DNA from: Torpedo marmorata | Lineage: Eukaryota | Reading direction: 5' to 3' | DNA: 44,186 nucleotides | Assembly (NCBI GenBank): GCA_977017645.1 | Contig: OZ360239.1 | Coordinates: 7,254,001-7,298,186, forward strand | Shown: one piece after another, positions 12,586 to 25,779 of the stretch | How positions within the stretch are numbered: position 1 is the stretch's first letter | Layout: every line of letters begins with the position of its first letter | Program-made: the position numbers and the translations under genes | Notes under the pieces: model-generated | Told to the model about the DNA's origin: nothing | Database searches by the model: none | Seen by the model: only the letters and a program-made list of their open reading frames with translations

Positions 12586-14710
12586 CAAATATCGCCAAAA
12601 TTTTCTTTGACACGATCTACGAGACAGGGATGTCCCCTGTCACCAGCTTTATTTGTTTTGGCAATAGAACCTTTGGCTGAATTAGTTAGAAAAGATCCTA
12701 AAATAGTGGGTATTAAAGTTGGTATGGAAGAACATAAGATTAGTTTGTTTGCAGATGATGTATTTATATATATGACAAAATCTATTATATCACTTCAACA
12801 ATTATCTATTATACTCAGAGAATATGGTGAAATATCTGGATATAAAATTAATTCAGATAAGAGTGAAATAATGGCTTTATCTCAAGGTGATTATACTAGA
12901 TGTAAAGAAATAACACAATTTAAATGGGCTAAAGAGGGAATTAAATATTTAGGGGTTAAGGTTGATACAAAATTGGAAAACTTATATAAATTAAATTATT
13001 TTACCATTATTTGTGAAAATAAAGAAAGATTTAGAGAATTGGAAAGATTTACCTATAACTTTAATGGGAAGGGTAAATTGTATTAAAATGAATATTTTTC
13101 CAAGAGTTCAGTATCTTTTTCAATCAATTCCTTTTGGAATTCCTCAATTTTTAAAAAGATTTAAATTTTATTATTAGGAAATTTTTGTGGAAAGGAAAGT
13201 TAGCAAGAGTAAGTATGGAAAAGTTAACTTGGAATTATGAGTTGGGTGGATTGCAACTTCCTAATTTTCAAAATTATTATAAAGCAGCCCAATGAAAATT
13301 TGTTAATGAATTTTTTGATTCAAATAAAACTTCTGCTTGGATTAAAATAGAATTAAATAATATAGGAGAAAATTTTAAAGAAGAGATTATTTATAAATGG
13401 GATTCTAAATTAATATCAGTAAAAAAGAAAAATTCACCGATTATTAAACATTTGTTAGAAATATGGGGTAAGTTGGATAAAGAGATAGGTGGAAGAGGAT
13501 TAATTTCTTCAAATATGCCACTATATCAAAATGGACTTATACCATTTACTGTTAACAATCAATTATTTAAAATTTGGTTTCAAAAAGGTATTAAGAAGAT
13601 TAATGATTGTTTTGAAGCTGGAAGATTTATTACGTTTCCAAGAATGAAAGATAAATTTAATATATTAGATAATACATTTTTAGCTTATTATCAAGTTAAA
13701 GCTTTTTTAACCGAGAAATTAGGTCATGCTTTGATTTTACCAAGACAAAATGAATTAGAATTATTAGTTACTAATGGAGAAGTTAATAAATTTATTTCTC
13801 AAATGTATAAATTGTTTCAGAGGAAAATGCCTAAAATAGGATTGCATAAATCAAGATTAAAATGGGAATTAGATTTAAATGTAAATATAGATGAAAATCA
13901 TTGGAAAGATTTATGTAAGTTAAGTATGAAAAAAATTATTAATGTTAGATATAGATTAGTACAGTATAATTTCTTTCATCAATTGTATTTAAAACCTAAA
14001 AAATTAAAGAAATTTAATCCGACATTATCAGGACCATGTTTCAGATGCAATAATGAGGAAGGTTCTTTTGTTCATTCTACATGGTTTTGTCCAAAGATTC
14101 AAGATTTTTGGTTGAAAGCTAAATTTTTTTTTAGATAAAGTATTTAATATTACATTTCCAATGGATCCTATGTTATTTTTATTTGGAGATATTAGAAAAT
14201 TTAGTATTAAAAATAAATTAAATATGTTTCAAGTAGAATTTTTACGAATTGCTTTAGCGGTTTCGAAAAAATGCATTGCTATTACTTGGAAATCTGATTT
14301 AGATTTAGGATTAGAAAGATGGCATGCAGAGCTTCGTTCGTGTATACCACTGGAAAAAATTACTTATAATTTACTTAATAAATATCATTTCTTTTTGAAA
14401 ATTTGGAGCCCATATATGAGAGCTGTGGGTTTAGGGATTTGAAGATCTCTAGATATCGGATCTACTGGCATACTTGACCTCCGTAATAGAATTAGTTTAT
14501 AGATGATATTCCCCTTACACTATCTTTTCCTTTTTTTTTCTATTTCTATTTTTATTTTTTTACTTATATTACTAGATTAGTGGGGATGGGGGGTTAGGGA
14601 GGGGAGGGAGGTGGGGGGGGTGTAAAATGTATCACATGTATTTTGATGATATATTTTATTTTATGTATTTTGTGATTAAAAGTTTAAATAAAATAATTTA
14701 AAAAAAAAAA
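12586..14710 (+). mobile_element. 5'-truncated L1-clade LINE (copy 1), frameshifted ORF2 RT and C-terminus
   Basis: TRQGCPLSP, FADD and CFRC...H....C motifs; G-rich 3' UTR, AATAAA at 14687-14692 and poly(A). 15-bp TSD AGAAAATATGAAGAT (12571-12585 / 14711-14725) at a TTT/AAG site. Confidence 0.95.
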
Positions 14711-15181
14711 AGAAAATATGAAGATTCATTAGCTTGAATCAAATTTCCTCAAGTTCGAACTTAATTGTTCTTGAGTATATCCCAGAAATGTCTGCTCTTC
14801 CTATTCTGCCACCTATCCATTTGTGTTAATGGTTACTTGTACCTAATTTTCAAATAAACAGGAGGTAGAATGAAATTTGTGCTGTGGGAAGCACTCTGGT
14901 TATAAATTGTAGTAATATATTGTACAGACTGGATTCAGATTGCTTTCTGCCTTGACACCTGAACTGTTTGTTTTTCCAGTGTTTCTTCCTGGAATTTATT
15001 TTGCAGGAATTGGGACACTGAACTTTGCTCATTGTGCAATGACAATGAAAGTAGATTATTTAAAGTAAGCCTAAGTTCTGACCCATGGGAACAGAGGCAT
15101 TTGCAATTTTTAACTAGGTGGTTTGAATGGAAGTGCCAAATGTAATACAGGTATATATTCACTATTCACTGCTGCAGTAAC

Positions 15182-16258
15182 TCAGATTCAGATTTCAGAT
15201 TTATTGTCAGAGTACATATATGACATCACATACGACCCTGAGATTCCTTTTCCTGCGGGCGCGGCAGAATTACCACTAATTGGTAGTGCAAAAAATAACT
15301 ACATAGCGTAAAACATGTAAACAAACAAAGAACCGTAAACAAACTCTGCAATACAGAGAGAACAAAAGAAAATCAAAGTGCATAAGAAAGAGTCCTTAAA
15401 TGAGTCTCTGATTGAGTTTGTCGTTGAGGAGTCTGATGGTGGAGGGGTAGCAGCTGTTCTTGAACCTGGTGGTGCGAGTCTTGTGGCACCTCTACCTCTT
15501 TCCTGATGGCAGCAGCGAGAACAGAGCATGTGCTGGGTGGTGAGGGTCTTTGCTGATTGCTGCTGTTCTCCGATGGCAGCGCTCCCTGTAGATGTGCTCA
15601 ATAGTGGGGAGGGTTTTGCCTGTGATGTCCTGGGCTGTGTCCACTACCTTTTGGAGGGCTTTACGCTCCGGGGTATTGGTGTTTCCATACCAGACTGTGA
15701 TGCAGCCGGTCAGCACACTTTCTACCACACTTCTGTAGAAATTTGCCAGCGTTTCTGATGTCATACCAAACCTCCGCAAACTCCTGAGGAAGTAGAGGCA
15801 CTGACGTGCTTTCTTCACGATGCCATTAGTGTGTTGGGTCCAGGAAAAATCCTCCGAGATAGTGACTCCCAAGAACTTAAATTTGCTCACCCTCTCCACC
15901 TCTGATCCCCCAATGATCACTGGATTGTACACCTCTCGGTTTCCTTTCCTGAAGTCAACAATCAGCTCCTTAGTTTTGGTGACATTGGTGCAACAATAAC
16001 AACCTTGCACTCATTCAGCCAAGTTTTCTATCTCCATCCTGTATGCTGACTCATCTCCTTCCTTTATACAGCCCACTACCGTGGTATCGTCAGCAAATTT
16101 GTAGATGGTGTTATTGTCGTACTGAGTCCCACAGTCGTAGGTGTAAAGTGAGTAGAGCAGGGGGCTAAGAACACAGCCCTGTGGTGCTCCGGTACTAATA
16201 GAGATTGTGGAGGAGAAGTTCTTACCAATCTTCACTGATTTTGGTCTGGAGGTGAGGT
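15182..16258 (-). mobile_element. Rex1/Babar-type LINE 3' fragment
   Basis: STGAPQGCVLSPLLYSLYTYDC...KFADD, then KKARQxLYFLRSLRRFG...FYRSVVESVLTGCITVWYG (DUF1891-like). Tail TGACAATAAATCTGAAATCTGAATCTGA. Confidence 0.88.
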
Positions 16259-16574
16259 AACTGCTCCCATTTGTGAATTAATTATGTTGGACTATTATGT
16301 GGATCACTTTTGAAACTTTTTGGTTTGAAACCTTTTTGCCTTCACCTTTCACATTAGGTGTGGCATGCTTTATTTGTAATGCAAAATATTTAGACACAAG
16401 AATATGGAGATGATTTCTTATTGGATAATGCACCATTCCATCTGCAATGATCTACCCAGGAGGGGAAAATCTCTGCATGTAGCAATATCTTGGCAGTATG
16501 GCATATAACATTTGTGCCAAGGAAAGATAGGACAGAGACCAATGTGAAGGGGAGATAATATATCTCAAAGATCT

Positions 16575-17105
16575 CGTTTGCCGTGCAGGTTGGTAGGGTA
16601 TTTAAGAAGGCTTATGGTATGCTGGCCTTCAGTAGTTGGGGGATTGAGTTTGAGTCGTGAGGTAATGTTGCAGCTCTATAAAACTCTTGTTAGACGAGAC
16701 TTGAAATATTGTGTTCAGTTCAAGTAACCTCATTACAGGAAGGATGTGGAAGCTTTGGAGAAGGCACAGAGGAGATTTACCAGGATGTTGCCTGCATTAG
16801 AGACAGTGTCTTGGGAGGCAAGGTTAAGTTAGGGCTTTTCTCTTTGGAGTGATGAGAGGTGACTGAATAGAGGGCTACAAGATTGCAAGAAGCATAGGGA
16901 CAGCCAGCTCCGTTTTCCCAGGGTGACAGTAGCAAATACCAGAGGACACGTGCATAAGGAGAGGGGAGGAAAGTTCAGGGGAGATGTCAGGGGCAAGTTT
17001 TTTTTTTTTACACAGTGGGTGCCTGGAATGTGTTGCCAGGGATGGTGGTGGAGACTGGTACAATAGGGACATTTAAAAGACTTGGACAGGCACATGGATG
17101 CAAGA
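16575..17105 (+). mobile_element. CR1 LINE fragment (degenerate)
   Basis: Nucleotide similarity to the reverse complement of 7500-8060 (CAGCTCTATAAAACTCTTGTTAGAC...AGGAGATTTACCAGGATGTTGCCTG). Confidence 0.85.
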
Positions 17106-18954
17106 AAAATCTGCTTTAGATTTGTATGTCAATCAGGTCAACAAATGGCAGCCCATTCAGAAGCTATCCAAATAATTTAACAGGAACATGCATTTAATTA
17201 TTCTAAAACATTGCTTTGGATATGATGTAATTTGAAAAATAACTTTACAACTAGAATTTTACATTTAAAATAGAATTGTGCTAAACTAAAGCCTCTGATG
17301 TTGTCAGTGAGGAAATGTATTTGGTTAGTTCATTTTTGTCACATTACTACTATTAATTGCCAGCCTTGAAGTTTATGTAGCTAACTTAGTTTTAAATATA
17401 ATCATTGTAAGTGGCCTCAGTAGATTGGTTTGTGAGTGGGGTTATAAGAAACAAAAAAAAAATCTGATTGTTTTGAAGTGATTCTTTGAAAAGTGTCAGA
17501 AGTAGTGGGTAAAACTAGGAATTGGGCTTTGGTGGAAAGCCTCAAGGTGAAATTGCTTGCTGAAATAGTTTGTGTTTATAAGCACTGTCATCTGTTAGGC
17601 TTGTGAATTCAGTGGTACTTGGCCAGCTATATGTAGAGGCAAATGTTAGAATTTCAGCACTTGTATTAAATTGTATGGAAGTCTATGCACTTCATGTTAA
17701 AAATAAGTAATTGATAAATTATTCCATAGGAATGCAAAAGACCAGAGGCTCAACTCAAAGTGAATCAACTGTTGCTTTTGAAGTGCTGGAATCCCCTTTA
17801 GTTAGTATGGAGAGCTGGAATTCCCTCTGCAAATCCTGGATTTTTTCTCCAGAAAGTTCAGCTTCTTGGATTTTTAGAGGTGTTAGATCTTGTCCCTTTT
17901 CCATCATCTCACTTAATTTGGCAAAACTCTTTCTGTTGTATTTCAGCTAACTTTCTGTTTAGGGATGTCTTAAGAATTTTTAAAAAATCATTTCAGCTGC
18001 AAGGCATAGAGACAAATAGGGTGGAAGTGGGTGACGAGCTGCTCATTCTTTTGCCAATATGAGTAAAGTTTACTACTTGGTTTTTCGGAAACCAATGAGC
18101 ATCTATTCAGTTTGTTGTTTTTCCCCCTGGAGCTTTTTTCTTAGATTATCTTTTTTCTAAATCCATAAGATAATCTTTCAGCCTTTTGTCCACAATGAAC
18201 CAGCATATCTTTGCATTTTTTTTTAAAGGAATCCTATTTTGGGTAGGATTCAATAATTGATCAGTCTCTTTCGAGTGGGTGAATTATTTCAAAAAATAAG
18301 CTTTCAATGTACTAGCCCACTGTCAGTTTATCTAAAACTAAAACAAATGGTCCAGTCATCACCCAAGCAAGGTTGACTGATTTTCCTTTTGAAACCTTTA
18401 TTTTCATTCTGACCAAAGTTGGCAGTAAGGTATTGACTGTCGTCATTTCAGTTGGAAATTTTTATTCAGTTTATTTTTCCTGAAGCCGACACAAAGGTTC
18501 AAGTTAATCAAGAATGACAAAAAGGGAAAGGTACAACTGTATATGTGACATTGCAGTATTGAAACCTATATGTATGGTGGGGAAGATAGAGATGGAAAAG
18601 AATTTGGATTTGAACTAAACATGCAAGAAGTGTTTGCAATTTGGGTGCAAAATTTGTCATGGTAAGAACAGTGAAATTTTCACTCTTCACACACATTTTC
18701 TTTGTGATCAACCTATCAGTTGCTATTGAACTGTTGGGAATTTGTATATAACCTTGTGTCTGTTAAGCACTGTTTTTAAAGCAGTTGGTCAGAAATTTCG
18801 AGCTTTTGAATGCAGCAATGGACATGCCTACTTGGAGTACACATATAGTGGATTGCCAGGGTGACAATGTTTTGCTTTTGGTTAAAACAAATGTTGACCT
18901 CTGCTGTGGAAATGAAATAATTTTACTCTGTGGGTTGGGAAGAGTTGCTGACAG

Positions 18955-19117
18955 TTTCACTAACTTGTTTCCTGTTCTCTCCCTTTTAATGTTTTATTTT
19001 TGTTGCTCTAACCCATCTCTCTTTGACATGACCTGCACTTGTGACCTGGGATGGCCTGGAAACCCTGTCTCAACTTCCCTTTCCTTTGGACTGGAACCTT
19101 TGTGTTAACCTTCGCAG
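18955..19117 (+). promoter_or_regulatory. Distant branch point, polypyrimidine tract and AG-exclusion zone of the last slc25a28 intron
   Basis: No AG between 18955 and 19115. CACTAAC at 18958-18964 is directly followed by a ~45-nt pyrimidine-rich tract; second CTCTAAC at 19006-19012. Confidence 0.7.
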
Positions 19118-19638
19118 TGGTGAAGCAGAGGATGCAGATGTACAACTCTCCCTACAAGCATGTGTTGGACTGTATGAGGACAGTGTGGAAAAATGAAGGG
19201 GCTGGAGCATTCTACCGGAGCTACACTACCCAACTGACTATGAACATCCCCTTCCAAGCTGTTCATTTCATGACTTATGAGTTCTTGCAGGAAAAGTTGA
19301 ATCCTCACAGACAGTATAACCCCTCCTCGCACGTTCTCTCTGGCGCGATGGCAGGGGCTGTATCAGCAGCAGTAACAACACCACTGGACGTTTGCAAAAC
19401 ACTACTAAACACACAGGAATCCTTGGCTCTGAACTCCCTCAACATCAGCGGACATCTTTCTGGCATGGCAAATGCCTTCAGGACGGTTTACCGACTGGGT
19501 GGTATCCCAGCATATTTTAAGGGAGTTCAGGCCAGGGTTATCTACCAGATGCCATCTACAGCTATTGCCTGGTCTGTGTATGAGTTTTTCAAGTACTTCA
19601 TTAGCAAACATCACCGTGAAAGGAGGTCAACTTACTGA
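19118..19638 (+). CDS. slc25a28: Mitoferrin-2, last coding exon (equivalent to exon 4)
   Basis: ttcgcAG acceptor at 19116-19117. Reads (V)[12 protein letters not shown]...[15 protein letters not shown] (SLC25 PxD/ExxK signature)...[10 protein letters not shown] to TGA at 19636-19638. Confidence 0.96.
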
Positions 19639-20020
19639 AGTCCAATAAGCCAGCACTGATGCCACAAAAAACAAGTTGGACTGCAATACTACTATTTTCC
19701 ACTGTTACATCCTTGCTAATGAAGGAAACTGGCAGTAAATCTGATCCACGTTGCACTCTTTAATTGAATAAAATTATAACCATGTCTCCTGACAAATAAT
19801 GTCAAACCAAAGTTTGTGTATTTGTTGTAACATCTTAAGAAGCCAGGTAGACTTGGCCGTTGTCGATAAGTAAAACGCACAGGTATTTGCTGCTGGCACA
19901 AAATGAGTGTGTTGGCCATTGTTTTAAGATTTTTCCTTTTGGGTACTTTTTTCCCTCCAGTTTGCTGGGCTGGTTTAAAAGATGTTTTAAAATAAAAGCA
20001 CATACAGGTTTACATGTTTA
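19639..20020 (+). promoter_or_regulatory. Proximal slc25a28 3' UTR with candidate polyadenylation signals
   Basis: AATAAA at 19767-19772 and 19991-19996. The true 3' end cannot be determined without RNA data. Confidence 0.45.
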
Positions 20021-20611
20021 GCCAAGTGTCAACTGTTGCACCAGTATAGGTGTACTGTATCATCAAAGTAGTACAGAGTACTTAAACTACTGTCAAGGTA
20101 GGCATCAAACTGCTTAGCATAGAAGGCAAATACTGTTTTTCAACTGTATTTCACTGCACTCTTTGTACTACATCAAGCTTTTTCATGCCTACGTTTGCAT
20201 CAGCAACACACCTAAATAACTGAAATGGAGCCCTTTATATTCACTGGAATATTATTCTGGAGTTATTTTATCCAGCAAATTTATTTGCTGTTGTAGAAAA
20301 GGGTTTTCACAAGGAAGATGATTAAACAATAAGATAAACTTTGCATTGTTGTCATTTCTCATTCGTTTTGAAATGTTAAGTTTCCTTTTGTGAAAGGTCT
20401 ATTGTGAAATGGTCAAATTTTTGATGAAGAAGTCCTTGCGTGTTCAGCATTTGGTGCCTTAATTTGGGAATTTTATTTACTCGTTTGCAATGAAATTGAA
20501 TGGTGCAACAACAGTGGCAAGAATTCCTTTTTAACATTTTCAACTCTTGCATAATTCCCAAGGATAAACAATTGAAAGGTTTGATCCAAAAGGTGATTTT
20601 TGAATAGAATG

Positions 20612-21120
20612 CTCTGATAATCTGCTGTTTATAAATCCCAAGCAGCATCTGGCTCACCGTGCTTTCCCTGATCCCCTGAAGTTCACTGGAAAATGTATTG
20701 TGCTGCAACATCCATTAAGAAGTAAATTAAAAGTGTGTTGGGATATTAATAAGAATAGTCTGGAACCTCTGAAAATCTGGTACCACCTGAGTCCCGAGTG
20801 TGGATTATCAGAGTTTTACTGGTAGTGAGTATACTTGTGCTTTTAAAATTGAAATGAGAATGTGACAGGTTATTTTAGAATGTGATTCAAAGATAAATTT
20901 AAGCTTGGATTTTACACACTTGGGATGACAGAGCAAATCAAAAGGTCTTGCAACCAATTCAAAGGTGCTATACATAGGTGAGTATATTGTTTAAGATAAT
21001 TTTTTTCAGCTCTCCATTTCATCTACATGTTCTGAAGGGACTGGGAGAAGGCAAGTTTTTTAGTCAAATCTATTCAGTCCATAGCTTCAAGAGCAGTTTA
21101 TCAGGAATGAGCACAATGGT
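20612..21120 (+). repeat. Local direct duplication, copy A
   Basis: Colinear with 25780-26329 from CTCTGATAATCTG to GAGCACAATGGT; lacks the 45 bp at 26119-26163. Confidence 0.95.
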
Positions 21121-21125
21121 GTTTT

Positions 21126-24100
21126 TTGTTTTTTTAAATTTTTATATAATTTTATTTAAATTTTAAAATCACAAAATACATAAATCAAAAATAATATATC
21201 ATTCCAAGTACATGTGATATATTTCCTCCCCCCTCCCACCCTCCCCTCCCCAACCCCCCCACCACTACTCTAAAAAAAAGAAAAAGAGAAAAAAAAATAT
21301 TAGTTATAAAGAAAAAAAAAGAAAAGAATTGAATAATAAAGAATTAAAGAATTAAAGTGAGGAGAAAACAAATTACAAGCTAATTCTATTTATATATTGG
21401 AGGTTAGTTTTGCCAGCGGAGCCGACTTCTAGAGAATTAATTCATACCCATAATTCTCATATATGGGCTCCAAATTTTCAAAAAGAAATGATATTTATTA
21501 CGTAAATTATATGTAATTTTTTCCAATGGTATACATGAACGTAATTCTGCATGTAATCTATCTAAATTCAAATCTAAATCTGATTTCCAAGTAATAGCAA
21601 TACATTTTTTTGAAACCGCTAAAACAATTTGCAAAAATTCTATTTGATACATATTTAATCTATTTCTAATACTAAATTTTTTAATATCTCCAAATAAAAA
21701 TAACATAGGGTCCATTGGAACCGTAATATTAAAAATTCTATCCAAAAAATCTTTAACTTTAGACCAAAAGTCCTTAATTTTAGAACATAACCATGTTGAA
21801 TGAACAAAAGAACCAATTTCATCCTTACATCTAAAACACATATCTGATAATGCCGGATTAAATTTCTTTAATTTTTTAGTTGTTAAATATAATTGATGAA
21901 AAAAATTATATTGTACTAATCTATACCTAACATTAATAATTTTAGTCATACTCAATTTACATAAATCTTTCCAATGTTTTTCATCTATATTAATATTTAA
22001 GTCTGATTCCCATCTTAATCTTGATTTATGAAATCCTACCGTAGGCATTTTTCTCTGAAGTAATTTATACATTTGTGATATAAATTTGTTAACATTTCCA
22101 TTAGTAATTAATAATTCTAATCCATCCTGTCTTGGAGCTATTAATTGATTCCCCAATTTCTCAACTAAAAATCCTTTAACCTGATAATAAGCTAAAATTG
22201 TATTATCCAATATTCCAAATTTTTCTTTCAGCCTGGAAAATGTAACAAATCTTCCAGCCTCAAAACAATCTTTAATCTTCTTAATTCCTTTTTGAAACCA
22301 TAATTTTAAAAATTGATTATCAATAGAAAAAGGTAATAATAAATTCTGATACAATGGCGTATTTGGAGATAATAACCCTTTTCGTCCTATCTCATTGTCT
22401 AACTGTGTCCAAATTTCCAACAAATATTTAATAATCGGTGAATTTTTCTTTTTAATTAATAATAATTTAGAATTCCATTTATAAATAATATCTTCTTTAT
22501 ATCTCTCCCCTATATTATTCAATTCTATATTAATCCAAGCAGTAGACTTAGTTAAATAAAAAAATTCATTAATAAACTTTAATTGAGCTGCCTTATAATA
22601 ATATAAAAAATTGGGGAGTTGTAATCCACCCATCTCGTAATTCCAAGTTAATTTATCCATACTTACTCTCGCTAATTTTCCCTTCCATAAAAATTTCCTA
22701 ATAATAATTTTTAAATCTTTAAAAAAATTTTGAGGAATTCCAAAAGGAATAGATTGAAAAAGGTATTGAACTCTTGGAAAAATATTCATTTTAATACAAT
22801 TCACTCTTCCCATTAAAGTTATAGGTAAATCTTTCCAATTCTCCAAATCTTTCTTTATTTTCTGAAATAAAGGTATATAATTTAATTTATATAAATTTTC
22901 CAATTTTGTATCTACTTTAACTCCCAAATATTTAATTCCTTCTTTAGCCCATTTAAATCCTGTGACTTCTTTGCATTTAGTATAATCTCCTTGAGATAAA
23001 GCCATTATCTCACTCTTATCCGAATTTATTTTATAACCAGATATCTCACCATACTCCCTCAATATCTTAGCTAATTGTTGAAGTGATACAATAGATTTCA
23101 TCATATATATTAATACATCATCTGCAAATAGACTAATTTTATGCTCTTCTGTACCTACTTTAATCCCATTTATATTAATATCTTTCCTAATCATTTCAGC
23201 CAACGGTTCTATTGCCAATACAAATAAAGCAGGTGATAAAGGGCATCCTTGTCTTGTTGACCTCATCAAAGGGAATTTAGATGATATTTGACCATTTGTA
23301 ATTACTCTAGCTGTAGGTTCTTTATATATAGTTTTAATCCAATTTATAAAAGTATTCCCAAATCCATATTTCTCTAAGACCTTAAATAAAAAATTCCATT
23401 CTAGTCTATCAAATGCTTTTTCTGCGTCTAATGTTATCACCAACGGCAAATCTTGTTTCCTTTTTTGCAAATTAATTAAACTTATTAATCTTGCTATATT
23501 ATCTTTTGAATATCTATTTTTAATAAATCCTGCTTGATCTGAATGTATTAAAATTGGTAAATACTTAGCTAATCTATTTGTCAAAATTTTTGCCATTATT
23601 TTATAATCTACATTCAACAATGATATAGGTCTGTATGACTCAGTTTTTAATACATCTCTATCTTTCTTTGGTATAACTGTAATAATAGCATTCAAAAAAA
23701 GTTTTCGGTAATAAATAAGTTTCCTTAATTTGAGTCAATACTTCCATATATATAGGTATCAATAAATCTTTAAACTCTTTATAGAACTCTATCGGAAATC
23801 CATCATCACCAGGAGATTTACCACTTTTCAATGTCGATAAAGCTTCAACTACTTCTCTCATTGTAATAGGTAAATCTAACATATCTCTATTAAAATTATT
23901 TAGTCTAGGTAATGTAATTTTGGATAAAAATCTATTAATTTTTGTATCATCATGATCAATCTGAGAGGTATATAAATTCTGATGATATTCTCTAAAAGAT
24001 TCATTTATTTCCTGAGGTTTATAAGTTATTTCACCAGTACTTTTTTTTATAGCATTTATAGTTTTAGAAACTTGTTCTTTTTTTAATTGCCATGCTAAAA

Positions 24101-25098
24101 CTTTATGTGCTCTTTCTCCTAATTCATAATATCTTTGTTTCGTTCTATCAATTAATTTTTCTATTTTTCGAGTTTGTAATATATTATAATGCAGTTTCTT
24201 CCTAATTAAACGTTGTCTCCTAAAAATTGTTTTATTTCTTTGAAAATCTTTCTCCATAAATTCAATCTCCCTTTCCAATTTTCCTCCTTCTTTCAAATAA
24301 TCTTTTCTAATTTTTGCCGAAAAACTTATTATCAAACCTCTTAAATAAGCTTTTAAAGATTCCCAAATTATAAATTTATCATTAATCGAATTGTTATTTA
24401 TTCTTAAAAATTCCTGAATTTCTTTTCTTATATATTCACAAAAATCTTTCCTATTTAATAAAGAAGAATCAAATCTCCAGTTGTATACAATTTTTTCTTT
24501 CTCTGGAATTATACACGTCATCAATAAAGGTGAATGATCTGAAATTATTCTTGCTTTATAAGATATTTGAGTTACTCTATCCTGAATTTGTGAAGATATC
24601 AAAAATAAATCAATCCTAGAAAATGAATTATGTCTAAAAGAATAAAATGAATAATCTTTTTCTCTAGGGTTTAATTTCCTCCAGATATCTACCAGATTCA
24701 AATCTTCCATTAAATTAATAATTCTTTTAACTATTTTAGGTCTAGCAAGTGTTCTAGTAGTTCTATCCATGTTCGCATTTAAACAACAATTAAAATCTCC
24801 ACCAATTAAAATATTTTCCTTAGCCTCAGATAAATGTAAAAAAGCATCTTGAATAAACTGTTCGTCATCCGAATTTATAACATATAAATTTAAAAAAGTC
24901 CATATTTCTGAATAAATTTGACAATGTATTAAAACATATCTACCAGCTACATCAGTCACTACTGATTGTATTTTAAATGGTAATTTTTTATTAACTAAAA
25001 TCGCTACACCTCTCGCTTTAGAATTAAAAGATGAAGCTACTACATGTCCTACCCAGTCTCTTTTTAACTTTTGATGTTCCTTATCAATCAAATGTGTT
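21126..25098 (-). mobile_element. L1-clade LINE (copy 2), nearly complete ORF2
   Basis: APE endonuclease motifs (THL, GGDFN, SRID, SDH), RT (FADD) and CCHC knuckle. Truncated within the QE codons of the endonuclease. TSD ACAATGGTGTTTT (21113-21125 / 25099-25111); poly(A)-derived T tract at ~21126. Confidence 0.96.
21437..25098 (-). pseudogene. L1 ORF2 (endonuclease plus reverse transcriptase) split by a single +1 frameshift at ~23694-23700
   Basis: ORFs 23658-25175 and 21437-23695 overlap at a T7 run. Removing one T gives a continuous ...LLPKTFLNAIITVIPK... frame. The ORF-track N-terminus upstream of 25098 is flanking sequence. Confidence 0.85.
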
Positions 25099-25105
25099 AC
25101 AATGG

Positions 25106-25779
25106 TGTTTTGTTGAGAAAGTGTCAAGTTCGGTGGGTTCAAAGAGAGACGAGTCTGGATTATAAGGGTTTGCAATCAAATGTAACTTTATTAACACAAC
25201 AATTAATGAGAGAATTTATAAGGGAGCGTGGGAACATAAGCACAATTTATAAGCGTGGGAACATACGCGCACACAATTTATAAGGGAGCGTGGAACAGAC
25301 CGTAATGGGAAACAGGGGAGAACGTCAAACAGTACACAATTATTAATGCACACAGGCGATGCAGTCACTTGCACCCTATAAGCAGGGGTTATACACAACC
25401 TTCCAGACCCCTGAATAAGGGAAGGTGGATCTGGTACCACTGTACCCACAGGGGTATACTCATCCTCTCGGACCCCTGATCAGTTGAGAGGTGGATCTGG
25501 TACCACTGTACCCGCAGGGGTACTGGTGCTAAATAAGGGCTCGAGCCAATAAGGACGCTGTGTGTTTTGAACCAGCCAATGGCAAGGTGTGCACTGGCCA
25601 GTGGTCTGAGCCCACTCTTAACTGGCATTCCACCTGCAATTTGTAACTTTGTCTATAACTTTGTAACTGAGCGGAACAAAAAGTACACTATGTACTGACA
25701 GGTGGTGTGACTTCCAAATGAGTTTCAGGCGGGGAGGCTACGTGACCACTAGCAATAGGCAGGGAGCCTCCCCCACACA
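25106..25779 (-). mobile_element. Probable solo LTR
   Basis: 674 bp with TG...CA termini (minus strand TGTGTG...CAACAAAACA). Minus-strand AATAAA at 25187-25192, ~80 bp from the end. Internal tandem repeats at 25213-25296 and 25423-25523. No short TSD. Confidence 0.7.

Noticed and set aside
19051-19117. N-terminal extension [22 protein letters not shown] of the 195-aa ORF (likewise the ends of ORF 401-793)
   Set aside because: Intronic sequence outside canonical splice sites; no similarity to mitoferrin.
20500-20530. Iron-responsive element in the mitoferrin 3' region (CAGTGG at 20512-20517)
   Set aside because: The loop ends in G, the flanks do not form the 5-bp upper stem, and there is no bulged C.
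25213-25523. CRISPR-like repeat/spacer pattern
   Set aside because: Only 2-3 imperfect tandem units inside a eukaryotic LTR, with no unique spacers or cas genes.
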